Assembly (NCBI GenBank): GCA_017303875.1
Contig: JAFLBP010000031.1
Location: 1,661-65,660, forward strand
Length of the DNA: 64,000 nucleotides
DNA from: Chitinophagales bacterium
GTDB lineage: Bacteria; Bacteroidota; Bacteroidia; Chitinophagales; Saprospiraceae
Direction of reading: 5' to 3'
Under the pieces are notes generated by a model that saw only the letters and a list, made by a program, of their open reading frames with translations, made no database searches and had not been told where the DNA came from. A program made the position numbers and the translations under genes. Below, piece after piece: positions 1 through 7,857 of this stretch (position 1 is its first letter; each line of letters begins with the position of its first letter).

Positions 1-291
1 GAGCCGGTGGGTATTGATACTACCGTTGATGACACCGTTCGACCACTTAATCAGGGAGCGGAGTTTTGGCCCCAGGTCGGTGTAATGCAAAAAAGCGTCT
101 TTGCGATGCCCGATGTCGACAAAGGCCGCATTGAGGCCGGGCATCATTTTGCGAATTTTTCCGATCAGGATATCGCCTACGCTAAGGTTATTATTGGTTT
201 TCTGGTGATGCAGCTCTACGAGTTTACCGCCTTCGAGCAAGGCCAGTTCGACGCCTTTTTCGGAGGCATCAATAATAAGTTCTTTCTCCAC
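1..291 (-). CDS. rng: Rne/Rng-family ribonuclease (RNase G/E), N-terminal S1-domain part; the gene runs off the left edge
   Basis: Not in the ORF track because it is open to the window edge. Reverse-strand translation from GTG at 291 gives (M)EKELIIDASEKGVELALLEGGKLVELHHQKTNNNLSVGDILIGKIRKMMPGLNAAFVDIGHRKDAFLHYTDLGP..., a typical RNase E/G N-terminus with the S1 motif. The frame stays open upstream, so the start codon is uncertain. Confidence 0.75.
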   Translation of the reverse strand, partial: MEKELIIDASEKGVELALLEGGKLVELHHQKTNNNLSVGDILIGKIRKMMPGLNAAFVDIGHRKDAFLHYTDLGPKLRSLIKWSNGVINGSINTHRL

Positions 292-608
292 AACGGGAAT
301 AAGTTTGTAGCAGACCGCGGTGGGAAACAGGATTTGCAGGTTTAAAAAATAGACAAATCCTTTCGTCCGAAACCGGGGTCGGTACGGGCGTCCAAACTTG
401 GAACCGTCGGGCGTACAAAAGCGCGAGCGAAATTCGGTATGACGGGCTGCGGAGGAGGGCTGATTCGCTTGTCAGGATTACCCGGGGTCAACAGGTACTG
501 AAACAAGCGCAGCGAAAAAATTGGGGTGAAGCTCTACAACGCGCGGCTACCGATCGGATCGGCGAGGCATTTGGTACTGGGTAAGGGCAAAGCTCCCTTA
601 TACATAGG

Positions 609-647
609 AAAAAACTTTCCGGCAGCCAGACAGCTTCCGGAAAGTTT
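609..647 (-). terminator. Rho-independent-type terminator downstream of the small basic-protein gene
   Basis: The arm ctttccgg (615-622) pairs with ccggaaag (637-644), extendable to about 11 bp, with a 14-nt loop. On the minus strand it is followed by TTTTTT (614-609). Confidence 0.6.
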
Positions 648-743
648 GTACGGGAACGACGGGAACGCAGTAAAGGCGCTGACTCCCGGCTGTTCGGCAT
701 CGATTCCCAAGGGGGATGAGGCCACAGCCTGCGTGGTCAGGTA

Positions 744-836
744 CTAGCGTTTCTTCTTGTGACGATTTTTGCGAAGGCGCTTTTTGCGCTTATGGGTCGC
801 AATCTTATGGCGTTTACGCTTTTTTCCGCAAGGCAT
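744..836 (-). CDS. 30-aa Lys/Arg-rich protein, bS22 / AURKAIP1(COX24)-like small ribosome-associated protein
   Basis: Below the ORF-track length cutoff. ATG at 836, TAG at 746-744. Translation is MPCGKKRKRHKIATHKRKKRLRKNRHKKKR, which matches from memory the small basic peptide family conserved in Bacteroidota. A terminator lies about 100 nt downstream. Confidence 0.6.
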   Translation of the reverse strand: MPCGKKRKRHKIATHKRKKRLRKNRHKKKR

Positions 837-926
837 ACTGCACAAAAGTTAGGAGTGTGATGAGATATGAGTTCGAGCAATTTGTCATGGCCTACCCTCA
901 GGGGGTTCCGCCTGTTTCAAATCGCA

Positions 927-1712
927 TTAGTTGCGTTGATTACATTTTTCAGCGAATGCGCTGGCTTTTCCGGCATCGCCGAGGCCTTCATAGGCTTTAG
1001 CGAGCAGGCAAGGTGCATTCGGGTTTTTCGGGTCGAGGCTGTACGCTTTTTCAAGGCGTTCAACCGCGCGTTCCCACTGGCCGGTTTTAATGGCCAATCG
1101 GCCCAGTGCATTATACACTGCCGGGCTGGTGGGGAATTTTTGTTCCAGGTCGCGCAGCATCATAACAGCCTGCATCGGATTTTCCGGCGAGGGTTCTTCT
1201 GCATACACCAGGGCCAGGTTGACACGATGCTCCACTTTATCAGGATTCAGTGAAGCGGCGCTTTCAAAGCCTTTGCGCGCATGTTCGGCATTGTAACGTC
1301 GTAAAGTCGGATCGGTGGCGGCAACCAGGGCATTAAAAAAGGTTGCACCACTGACCGACCAGGCAGCGTCAGTATTTTCAATTTCAGCAACTTGCTCTGC
1401 ATAGGCGCCCGCTACGGGCAATTGACCGGCGCGGTACCATACAGCGGAAAGCTGGCGAAGAAACCCGATGCGCGCAGTGTCGTTGCTTACACTTTGCAAT
1501 GCAGCTTCCAGCGACTGAATCTCGGAAGCTTCAGCAGCGCCGATATGCGCTTTTGCATCTTCGACAAGCTGATCCAGTCCGGTGCTTTCAGCTTGAAGTG
1601 CACGGGATCGTTCGAGTTTTCTCTGGGCGTCGGGTTTGGTATCAAAACCGAGATACAAGCCCAAAAACAGGAGCAAAGCGCCAGCGATGGCGAATATTTG
1701 TCCTTTAGTCAT
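927..1712 (-). CDS. Tetratricopeptide-repeat protein with an N-terminal membrane anchor
   Basis: 261-aa ORF. N-terminal hydrophobic helix IFAIAGALLLFLGLYLGF, followed by TPR-like Ala/Tyr/Leu periodicity (..AVYNALGRLAIKTGQWERAVERLEKAYSLDPKNP..). Confidence 0.75.
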   Translation of the reverse strand: MTKGQIFAIAGALLLFLGLYLGFDTKPDAQRKLERSRALQAESTGLDQLVEDAKAHIGAAEASEIQSLEAALQSVSNDTARIGFLRQLSAVWYRAGQLPVAGAYAEQVAEIENTDAAWSVSGATFFNALVAATDPTLRRYNAEHARKGFESAASLNPDKVEHRVNLALVYAEEPSPENPMQAVMMLRDLEQKFPTSPAVYNALGRLAIKTGQWERAVERLEKAYSLDPKNPNAPCLLAKAYEGLGDAGKASAFAEKCNQRN

Positions 1713-1760
1713 GGCTTGAAATTCGGTAGTAGTTTGTGTTTATGTGCGCTAACCATCAAA

Positions 1761-2072
1761 TCAATCCTCGCTTTCGTCTTTGGGCAGGGAAGTAACATTG
1801 TTCTTCACTTGCTCCATAAAGACTTTGGCAGGTTTGAAGGCCGGGATAAAATGCTCAGGGATTTCGATGGACTTGCCTTTTTTGATATGACGGCCCACTT
1901 TTTTGGCGCGGCGTTTAATGACAAAGCTACCGAAACCGCGGATGTAAACATTTTCACCCTGCTGCATAGTAGACTTGATCTCCTTAAACAACTCCTCCAA
2001 AGTAACCAGGACGTCAACCTTGGCTACGCCAGTCTTTTCGGAAATAGCATTCACAAGGTCGGCCTTTCTCAT
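1761..2072 (-). CDS. HU-family DNA-binding protein
   Basis: 103 aa. MRKADLVNAISEKTG..KVDV...LEELF..I...MQQGENVYIRGFGSF..K.R..K.GRH is the classic HU/IHF pattern. Confidence 0.9.
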   Translation of the reverse strand: MRKADLVNAISEKTGVAKVDVLVTLEELFKEIKSTMQQGENVYIRGFGSFVIKRRAKKVGRHIKKGKSIEIPEHFIPAFKPAKVFMEQVKNNVTSLPKDESED

Positions 2073-2208
2073 TGTTTATGTTGTTGATATTGAACAATTT
2101 ATGGTTAAAAAACGGCCTTTTTTAAAAAGGAGACGCAAAGATCGTACTATTTTTGAACCAAGCAAATAAAACCGCTAAAAAATCAGCCTTTTATTTTAAT
2201 AAAGCCCG

Positions 2209-2216
2209 TAAGTTTG
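2209..2216 (+). promoter_or_regulatory. Candidate Bacteroidota sigma-A -7 box (TAAGTTTG) upstream of the YicC-family gene
   Basis: Matches the TAnnTTTG consensus 72 nt upstream of the ATG at 2288. No clear -33 TTG element was seen. Confidence 0.35.
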
Positions 2217-2287
2217 CACGATTTCCCCAAATCTTGCGTCCTTGCGGCGGTGTTGAATTTTAAATCACTCTTATACTGACAGATACT

Positions 2288-3163
2288 ATGTTGCTTTCGA
2301 TGACGGGTTACGGCCGGGCCGGCGGCAGTTTCGGCGAGAAGATGATTACGGTGGAAATCCGTACCCTGAACTCCAAACTCACCGACGTTAAACTCCGCAT
2401 TCCGGGTGAATACAAGGAAAAAGAAGTGGAACTGCGCAAGCAAATTACCGATCATGCCGAACGCGGCAAAATTGAGGTAAATATTGATGTGCAAAACCTC
2501 GACGGTTCGGTAAACGTAAGCCTCAATGAGGCGCTTTTTAAAGGTTATTACCGCGAACTTAGTCGCCTCGTCAATGAATTGGGTATGCAAAACAGCGACC
2601 TGCTCCAATCCATTCTCCGTATTCCCAATGTCGTTTCTTCCCCTGCCGGTGAAGTAGACGAAGACGAATGGGAGGCTGTTACCGGGGTAGTTGGTCTGGC
2701 CCTGGATCATCTGCGCCATTTCCGCCGTCAGGAAGGCAAGGCCCTTGAGGCCGATCTGCGCCTGCGCGTTGCCAATATCCTGCTGCTGCTTGCCGAAATA
2801 GCACCCTATGAGCAGCAACGCCTAACCCGTATGCGCGAACGCCTGCAAGGCAATCTGGAAGAAAATTTTAAAAAAGATAAAATCGATACCAATCGCTTCG
2901 AGCAGGAAATCCTGTATTACCTCGAAAAAATGGACATTAACGAGGAAAAGGTGCGATTAGAGCAACACTGCAAATACTTTATCGAACAGGTGGAAAACCC
3001 CAAAGTATCGGCCGGCCGAACGCTGGGTTTTCTCTCGCAGGAAATGGGCCGCGAAATCAATACCCTCGGCGCTAAAGCCTACGACGCCGATGTGCAACGC
3101 CTTATCGTTCAAATGAAAGACGAGCTGGAGAAAATCAAGGAGCAGTTGGCAAATATATTGTGA
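2288..3163 (+). CDS. YicC/YloC-family stress-induced protein
   Basis: 291 aa. N-terminus M..SMTGYGRA.......ITVEIR.LNSK is typical of the family, and the C-terminal EMGREINTLG.KA motif is present. Confidence 0.9.
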   Translation: MLLSMTGYGRAGGSFGEKMITVEIRTLNSKLTDVKLRIPGEYKEKEVELRKQITDHAERGKIEVNIDVQNLDGSVNVSLNEALFKGYYRELSRLVNELGMQNSDLLQSILRIPNVVSSPAGEVDEDEWEAVTGVVGLALDHLRHFRRQEGKALEADLRLRVANILLLLAEIAPYEQQRLTRMRERLQGNLEENFKKDKIDTNRFEQEILYYLEKMDINEEKVRLEQHCKYFIEQVENPKVSAGRTLGFLSQEMGREINTLGAKAYDADVQRLIVQMKDELEKIKEQLANIL

Positions 3164-3386
3164 GGCCGCAAGGGCTTCCGTTTTTCCGTCATTTTGCAGC
3201 CGTTCGTCCCGCAAAATGTGCCATTAGCCGTATTTTTATGTTAAACCCTGCTTCTCCCTAAAATAAGAAGGGTGAAAATGATATTTCTATCGCCGTATAC
3301 ACCGCGATATGCCGTTGTATTTACCCGGTAAAAAGCCTTGTCAACCAAAGCGATCGTATCCGGTCAAGATTTACGGCACTAAAATC

Positions 3387-4325
3387 ATGGTAAAATTTAC
3401 TCCGATGGCAATACGCCAATTCGCCTTATTTGTCCTGATCGTTCTTGCTTGCCCCACAACGTCAAAGGCTCAAACCCCAGACCTGCGGCAAGACAAGGCC
3501 TTTTTCCGCCAAAAACGCTTAGATTTTAATCAGTGGCTTTGGCAAAACAAACTACACACCATCTTTCGGGCCGACAGCGTGGAGGCATCCGCCGGCAAAG
3601 TCACCTTATATATACGCCCCGTATATAAAGGCGCCCACGTCTGCGATTCCCTGCAATGCGCCTGGGACAAACTGGAACGCGCCAACCAGCGCGTCAACGG
3701 GCAGTACTTTCACGAACGCCTGTTGCACAAATGGGCTTTCTTAGCCGAAGTACGCCCCGATCAGGCCGAAGTGGTGGTGCGCTGCCACGATCCGGCCCAC
3801 TTTTTGGCCATCGCCAATTCAAAAAACGCGGAAGTGACCTACGCCGGCCGGAATATTCGCGGGGCGCAGGTAGCCGATGTACCCGTGCCAATGCCAGCCC
3901 AATTGCAGGCCGTTAATACCGGCGACAATAAAATGCTGGTGGCGAATAAACAGGTCGGCACACTATGCAGCGACGCACGGCGTTATCTAATCAAGTACTA
4001 TCAATCGAAAGGCACGCCGATTTTGTGGCGGGCAAGGGTCGACAGCTCCTATACCACTTATGATGAGTTTATTCTGGAAGTGACCCACCTGAACTACGAA
4101 ATTTGCCCCGACGGTTTCTTCGAGTACCACCGTATCTATATTAAAGGTGTTCAAAACGGCCCGAATGTGGAAGTTTCCTGGGAATTTCAGGGAAAATACG
4201 GCTCCGGCATTATTTTCCCACCCCGCAAAAACGACTACAAGGATATGGAGGGAAAATACAAAAACAACCTCGAAGAATACCAAAGACGCCTGTTTAAACA
4301 ATTAATGGATTACCTTCGCCGATGA
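3387..4325 (+). CDS. Hypothetical secreted protein
   Basis: ORF 3309-4325. An internal ATG at 3387 gives a signal-peptide-like N-terminus, MVKFTPMAIRQFALFVLIVLACPTTSKAQ. I recognise no family. Confidence 0.6.
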   Translation: MVKFTPMAIRQFALFVLIVLACPTTSKAQTPDLRQDKAFFRQKRLDFNQWLWQNKLHTIFRADSVEASAGKVTLYIRPVYKGAHVCDSLQCAWDKLERANQRVNGQYFHERLLHKWAFLAEVRPDQAEVVVRCHDPAHFLAIANSKNAEVTYAGRNIRGAQVADVPVPMPAQLQAVNTGDNKMLVANKQVGTLCSDARRYLIKYYQSKGTPILWRARVDSSYTTYDEFILEVTHLNYEICPDGFFEYHRIYIKGVQNGPNVEVSWEFQGKYGSGIIFPPRKNDYKDMEGKYKNNLEEYQRRLFKQLMDYLRR

Positions 4326-4816
4326 GTACAAGCAGCCGAACCATCGCCCGACCTATGTCGCAAACCGATACCGAAAAGGCCCAAACGGAGCAAAAAGCGC
4401 CGCTTTCGCCCCGCACCCGCATCGCGCGATTGATACTGATCTATCATTTCGCCCTGATTATCGTTGCCTCCATCTTTTACATCCTGCGGGGCTTCGATCC
4501 GGAAGAGTTTACCTCACTGCTGGGTATTCTGGCGCCCGTCACAGCGCTGTACGGCGGTGCCGTTTTCCGATTCCTGGGGCGCAGCATCACCGAGCCAAAC
4601 CTGAACGGCCAAAACGCCGCCCCTATCAGCAGCATGGTTAAATGGCTGGTTCACGGCCATTTTGCCGTGGTACTCTCCCTCATCAGCCTCAAAGCCTTGG
4701 CGCCTAATGTGCTGAATTTCCAGGACATGACCATGTTCCTCACCCTCGTCGAATCCGCCCTCGGCGTTTATATGGGCAATATTCTGCTGGCCCTTTTTGA
4801 CGGAAAACAGAATTGA
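4322..4816 (+). CDS. Hypothetical integral membrane protein (about 4 TM)
   Basis: 164 aa. The start overlaps the upstream stop (ATGA at 4322-4325), and several hydrophobic helices are present (LILIYHFALIIVASIFYIL, LLGILAPVTALYGGAVF, etc.). Confidence 0.6.
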   Translation: MSTSSRTIARPMSQTDTEKAQTEQKAPLSPRTRIARLILIYHFALIIVASIFYILRGFDPEEFTSLLGILAPVTALYGGAVFRFLGRSITEPNLNGQNAAPISSMVKWLVHGHFAVVLSLISLKALAPNVLNFQDMTMFLTLVESALGVYMGNILLALFDGKQN

Positions 4817-4820
4817 TATA

Positions 4821-4937
4821 ATTTTGGATTTTGGATGCTTGATTTTTGATTAAATTGTTCAAAATCAAAAATTTGCGCAGCAAATAAAAAACAATCAAGC
4901 ATCCAAAATCAAAAATCCAAAATCAAGCATCCAAAAT
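4821..4937. repeat. Word-like imperfect palindrome between convergent genes (probable bidirectional terminator)
   Basis: ttggatgcttgatt (4831-4844) is complementary to aatcaagcatccaa at 4893-4906 and again at 4921-4934. An inner stem atttttgat/atcaaaaat lies at 4842-4850 and 4864-4872. The element is built from GGATTTTGGAT/ATCCAAAATC words. Confidence 0.7.
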
Positions 4938-6890
4938 TCAACTGCGTAGTACCATAATTTTTCCGCTTTGCATCCGTCCTTTGCTCAGGATGCGGATGGT
5001 ATAAAAGCCCGGCGGCAGATCCTGCACTTCCACCTGGTGCTTGCCGGCACTTACTGATTCTAATTTACGGACGGCCTTGCCCTCGGCATCATAAAGGGTG
5101 ACGGATTGCACTTCCACAGGCAATTCAAGGGTAAACTGTACGCTGGCCGGATTGGGGTAATACAGGGCTTTCAGTTCAGGAGTATTTGTCTGCTGTTGCT
5201 GTTGGGTTTCAAAACGGATTTCCGATTGTCCCTTGCAGTTTTCTGTGGCGGTGTACTCCCCGATCAGGCGCACCAGCAGGTCGTTGAGCAATTCCACTTT
5301 ATATTCATCAGTCGTGGGCTCGAGGTGCTTACCGCCGATTCCGCTGTGGTCGGTCAGAAAAACGTAGGTGCCGTTGGTGGCCAGACCGAAAAATTTCATC
5401 AAAAATTCTGTATCTTTCTGGATGCCGCTGGCTGTAACGGGCACAATGCGGATACCGAGGCGTGCGGCTTCGCGGATGCTTCTTTGCAGGCTGGCGCTCA
5501 CTTCCGGGGTTTGGTGCGGACTGGCGTCGAGCACCAGAAAACAAATGCGCGCTACCGCATCCTGGCTCCAGGACTGGCGGAAAATGGCTTCTTCCAGGGC
5601 GCTGTGAACGGCTTCCGGGTAATCGCCGCCGCCGCCGGCAAACTGCTTGCGGATAAAGCCCACCGTTTTGGAGGCATCGGCGTTCAGGTTGCTGCTTTTG
5701 GTGAGGTAGTCGTCGCCGTTGTCGCGGTAAAACACCGTGCCCATGCGGATGGCGAGTTCGGGGTTGAGGGTTTTGACCCGGCCGATCACGTCGAGCAGTT
5801 CGGTTTTCAGGTATTCAATTTCATCGCCCATAGAGCCAGTGGCGTCAACGGCCCACACGATGTCCACATTTTTGGAAGCGCCGCAGGGGGCAGGCAGTTG
5901 CCAGGTATTTATCCCTGCTTTGGCCTCCTTGAGGTTGCGCCATTCCAGCGCCTGTCCCTGATAATTACAGCGCACTTGCAGTTGATCGGCTGCTTTGTCG
6001 TCGAACAGTCCGACCCAGAGTTCTGCCTTGCCGTTATTGTCGGTGCGGGCTTCCCAGAGCAGCGTGTTGCCGCTGTAGAGCGCAACGGGCTGGTCGGAAA
6101 CGGGCAGCCCCTGCGGGTTAGAGAGCAATACCGTGTAGCGGTGTTTGGGGTAAAAGCCGTAAGTTTTCTGGTGCTCGGCAATTTCGCCATCGGCGAGCAG
6201 GTCGAGCCAGTGCTTATCCCAGTTGTGGAGGTCGTTCCATTCGCCGGCAGTGAGCAGGCCGGCGCGGGGCGAAGGTGCAGCGCCGTGGATTTTGCCTTCG
6301 GCCGGGCTGATCTCATCTCCGCTTGCTATTTCCTCCTCGGTGATGGCGGGCTTTATTTTGTCGTATAGCACAGCGCCCTCCGTAAGCGGCGCTGGGGCGG
6401 GTTTGGCCGTCGAGCGGGGCGCTTCCCGCAAAATACTTTCGCTTTTCATAGTGGCTCGATCGCGGCTATGTGGTGCGGCGGACATCACGGCAACTTCGCC
6501 CATGGTTGTCGCTTCCGGGCGCTGGCTGAAATCCGAGACGGTCATTTCTTCCAGCTCCGCATCAGGTGCGAGCACGAAATTGACCGTATTTTTTTCTTTG
6601 TCTTTTACCGTCACGCCGAGGTAGCGATGGCCGGTGTAGCCCGGCTGCGTGCAGGTCAGCACATAAGTACCCGGCTCGATTTTCAGGGAAAACTGGCCAT
6701 TTTTGTCGGTTTTAAGGGTGGCGATAACTTTCGCCTCCTGTGTGATGACGATGCTGGCGCCGCTCAGGGCTAGGCCGGTGCGGAGATCGTTGACCTTGCC
6801 TTCGAGCAGGGTCGGGTTGTTGAAGAAGGGGAAAAATGCCGTGGAGATGAGGCCGACGGCGAGCAGTAAGATCCAATAGCGCATGTTCAT
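4938..6890 (-). CDS. Secreted vWA-domain protein with an N-terminal CarboxypepD_reg-like domain and a T9SS C-terminal sorting domain
   Basis: MIDAS-type vWA start VDIVWAVDATGSMGDEI. N-terminal motif ..GKVNDLRTGLALSGASIV...TDKNGQFSL.IEPGTYVL. C-terminal YYPNPASVQFTLEL...GFYTIRIL...KIMVLRS. Start taken at MNMRYWILLL (6890); alternatives are 6917 and 6884. Confidence 0.8.
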   Translation of the reverse strand: MNMRYWILLLAVGLISTAFFPFFNNPTLLEGKVNDLRTGLALSGASIVITQEAKVIATLKTDKNGQFSLKIEPGTYVLTCTQPGYTGHRYLGVTVKDKEKNTVNFVLAPDAELEEMTVSDFSQRPEATTMGEVAVMSAAPHSRDRATMKSESILREAPRSTAKPAPAPLTEGAVLYDKIKPAITEEEIASGDEISPAEGKIHGAAPSPRAGLLTAGEWNDLHNWDKHWLDLLADGEIAEHQKTYGFYPKHRYTVLLSNPQGLPVSDQPVALYSGNTLLWEARTDNNGKAELWVGLFDDKAADQLQVRCNYQGQALEWRNLKEAKAGINTWQLPAPCGASKNVDIVWAVDATGSMGDEIEYLKTELLDVIGRVKTLNPELAIRMGTVFYRDNGDDYLTKSSNLNADASKTVGFIRKQFAGGGGDYPEAVHSALEEAIFRQSWSQDAVARICFLVLDASPHQTPEVSASLQRSIREAARLGIRIVPVTASGIQKDTEFLMKFFGLATNGTYVFLTDHSGIGGKHLEPTTDEYKVELLNDLLVRLIGEYTATENCKGQSEIRFETQQQQQTNTPELKALYYPNPASVQFTLELPVEVQSVTLYDAEGKAVRKLESVSAGKHQVEVQDLPPGFYTIRILSKGRMQSGKIMVLRS

Positions 6891-6962
6891 TTTTTTTAAG
6901 TATTTCGCGTTGTACACCCCGCGTTGGGGCTGTTGCGCTATGGATGCCGGAGGAGGAAAAAT

Positions 6963-6999
6963 TACATAAACCGTCTTAACCGGGATTTGGGGGGATTTT
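6963..6999 (+). repeat. 37-bp repeat, copy A (tacataaaccgtcttaaccgggatttggggggatttt)
   Basis: 35/37 identical to 14943-14979 in the same orientation. The core is also present inverted at 15072-15119. Confidence 0.85.
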
Positions 7000-7046
7000 T
7001 TGGATTTGCATAACTTAACAGACTTGTGATGCTTTAAGAATTATAA

Positions 7047-7054
7047 TATCTTTG
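7047..7054 (+). promoter_or_regulatory. Candidate -7 box (TATCTTTG) with an upstream TTG for the vapBC operon
   Basis: A TAnnTTTG match lies 23 nt upstream of the ATG at 7077. TTG at 7024-7026 sits about 20 nt upstream of the box. Confidence 0.45.
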
Positions 7055-7076
7055 TTCCGGAATTAAAAAATAACGT

Positions 7077-7289
7077 ATGGCTCAACAATCCATCGCAGAA
7101 ATATTTTCTGTACTCCCACCGGCACAACAGCAGGAACTGTTGGACTTTGCAGACTACCTGATCAAGAAGTATAGTGATACCCAATCTAAATCACTTCATA
7201 AAAGGCAAGCAGGAACCATGAAAGGTTTGGTTCAATTTATGGCTGAAGACTTTAATGCACCACTTCAGGACTTTAATGCCTATATGTGA
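7077..7289 (+). CDS. DUF2281-type antitoxin (VapB-like)
   Basis: 70 aa. ..LPPAQQQELLDFADYLIKKY.. and the C-terminal KGLVQFMAEDFNAPLQDFNAYM are typical of DUF2281 antitoxins. The stop overlaps the downstream PIN gene start. Confidence 0.75.
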   Translation: MAQQSIAEIFSVLPPAQQQELLDFADYLIKKYSDTQSKSLHKRQAGTMKGLVQFMAEDFNAPLQDFNAYM

Positions 7290-7675
7290 TGAAGCATGTA
7301 TTACTCGATACACAGGTTTTAATATGGTACCTGGAAGGAGATGAACGCTTGCCTGACCATATCAAACAGCTTATAGAAGATTCCTCGAATAACATTCAAG
7401 TGCATATAGTTTCCTTTTGGGAAATCGCTATCAAACGCAGCTTAGGTAAACTACTATTATCACAAAGTACTATCAGTCTTATACGGGAATGCATCAGACA
7501 ACATATCAGTATATTACCATTGTCTCCCGAAGAATTGACCTCAGTGGAATCGCTCCCTTTCTATCACCGCGACCCTTTTGATCGTTTAATCATCAGCGCC
7601 GCCGTCAGTAATGGATTACTATTGGCCAGTTCCGACGAGCAATTTGACGACTATCCTGTTACCAGAATTTACTAG
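7289..7675 (+). CDS. vapC: PIN-domain toxin, type II TA VapC family
   Basis: LLDTQVLIWYL.., ..SFWEIAIK.., ..HRDPFDRLIISAA.. and ..LASSDEQF carry the conserved acidic PIN residues. ATG at 7289 shares one nt with the antitoxin TGA; a GTG at 7286 is also possible. Confidence 0.85.
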   Translation: MKHVLLDTQVLIWYLEGDERLPDHIKQLIEDSSNNIQVHIVSFWEIAIKRSLGKLLLSQSTISLIRECIRQHISILPLSPEELTSVESLPFYHRDPFDRLIISAAVSNGLLLASSDEQFDDYPVTRIY

Positions 7676-7857
7676 CCAATTCTCCACCACCAAATCCCGG
7701 CACCGATAAAATCCTTCAAATCAAAAAAAATCAAGCAAATCCTGATTCTAAACCTCCCCTGTACTACACTTCGCTGCGGCGGGCTGCTTCGCTTGCCCAT
7801 GCCGCTACTCCGTTCCGTTCAGGCCTTTTCGCTCAATTGATGGCCGGGATAGGCAAT

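Noticed and set aside
346-740. A possible tmRNA, RNase P RNA or SRP RNA in the long rng upstream region (gggctgattcgcttgtcagg vaguely resembles a tmRNA 5' end).
   Set aside because: I could not find the tmRNA 3' T-arm/ACCA end, a tag reading frame such as ..NYALAA, or the RNase P GAGGAAAGUCCGGGC and ACAGAA motifs. The GGAAAGT match is just the terminator stem.
5106-6368. A 420-aa plus-strand ORF antisense to the vWA/T9SS gene. Similar long antisense ORFs lie at 12835-14241, 20559-21284, 27497-28339, 36817-37410, 37555-38646 and 43460-14014-like regions.
   Set aside because: Each lies fully inside a well-supported gene on the other strand. Each has the Gly/Ala/Val/Arg-rich, motif-free composition typical of mirror frames in GC-rich DNA, and none has a recognisable domain.
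7676-7857. Is the VapBC cassette individually flanked by inverted repeats (6963-6999 against about 7686-7750), making it a mobile cassette?
   Set aside because: Only an 11-mer (ccgggatttgg) plus loosely similar words match, and the word order is not colinear. That is too weak to call terminal inverted repeats.
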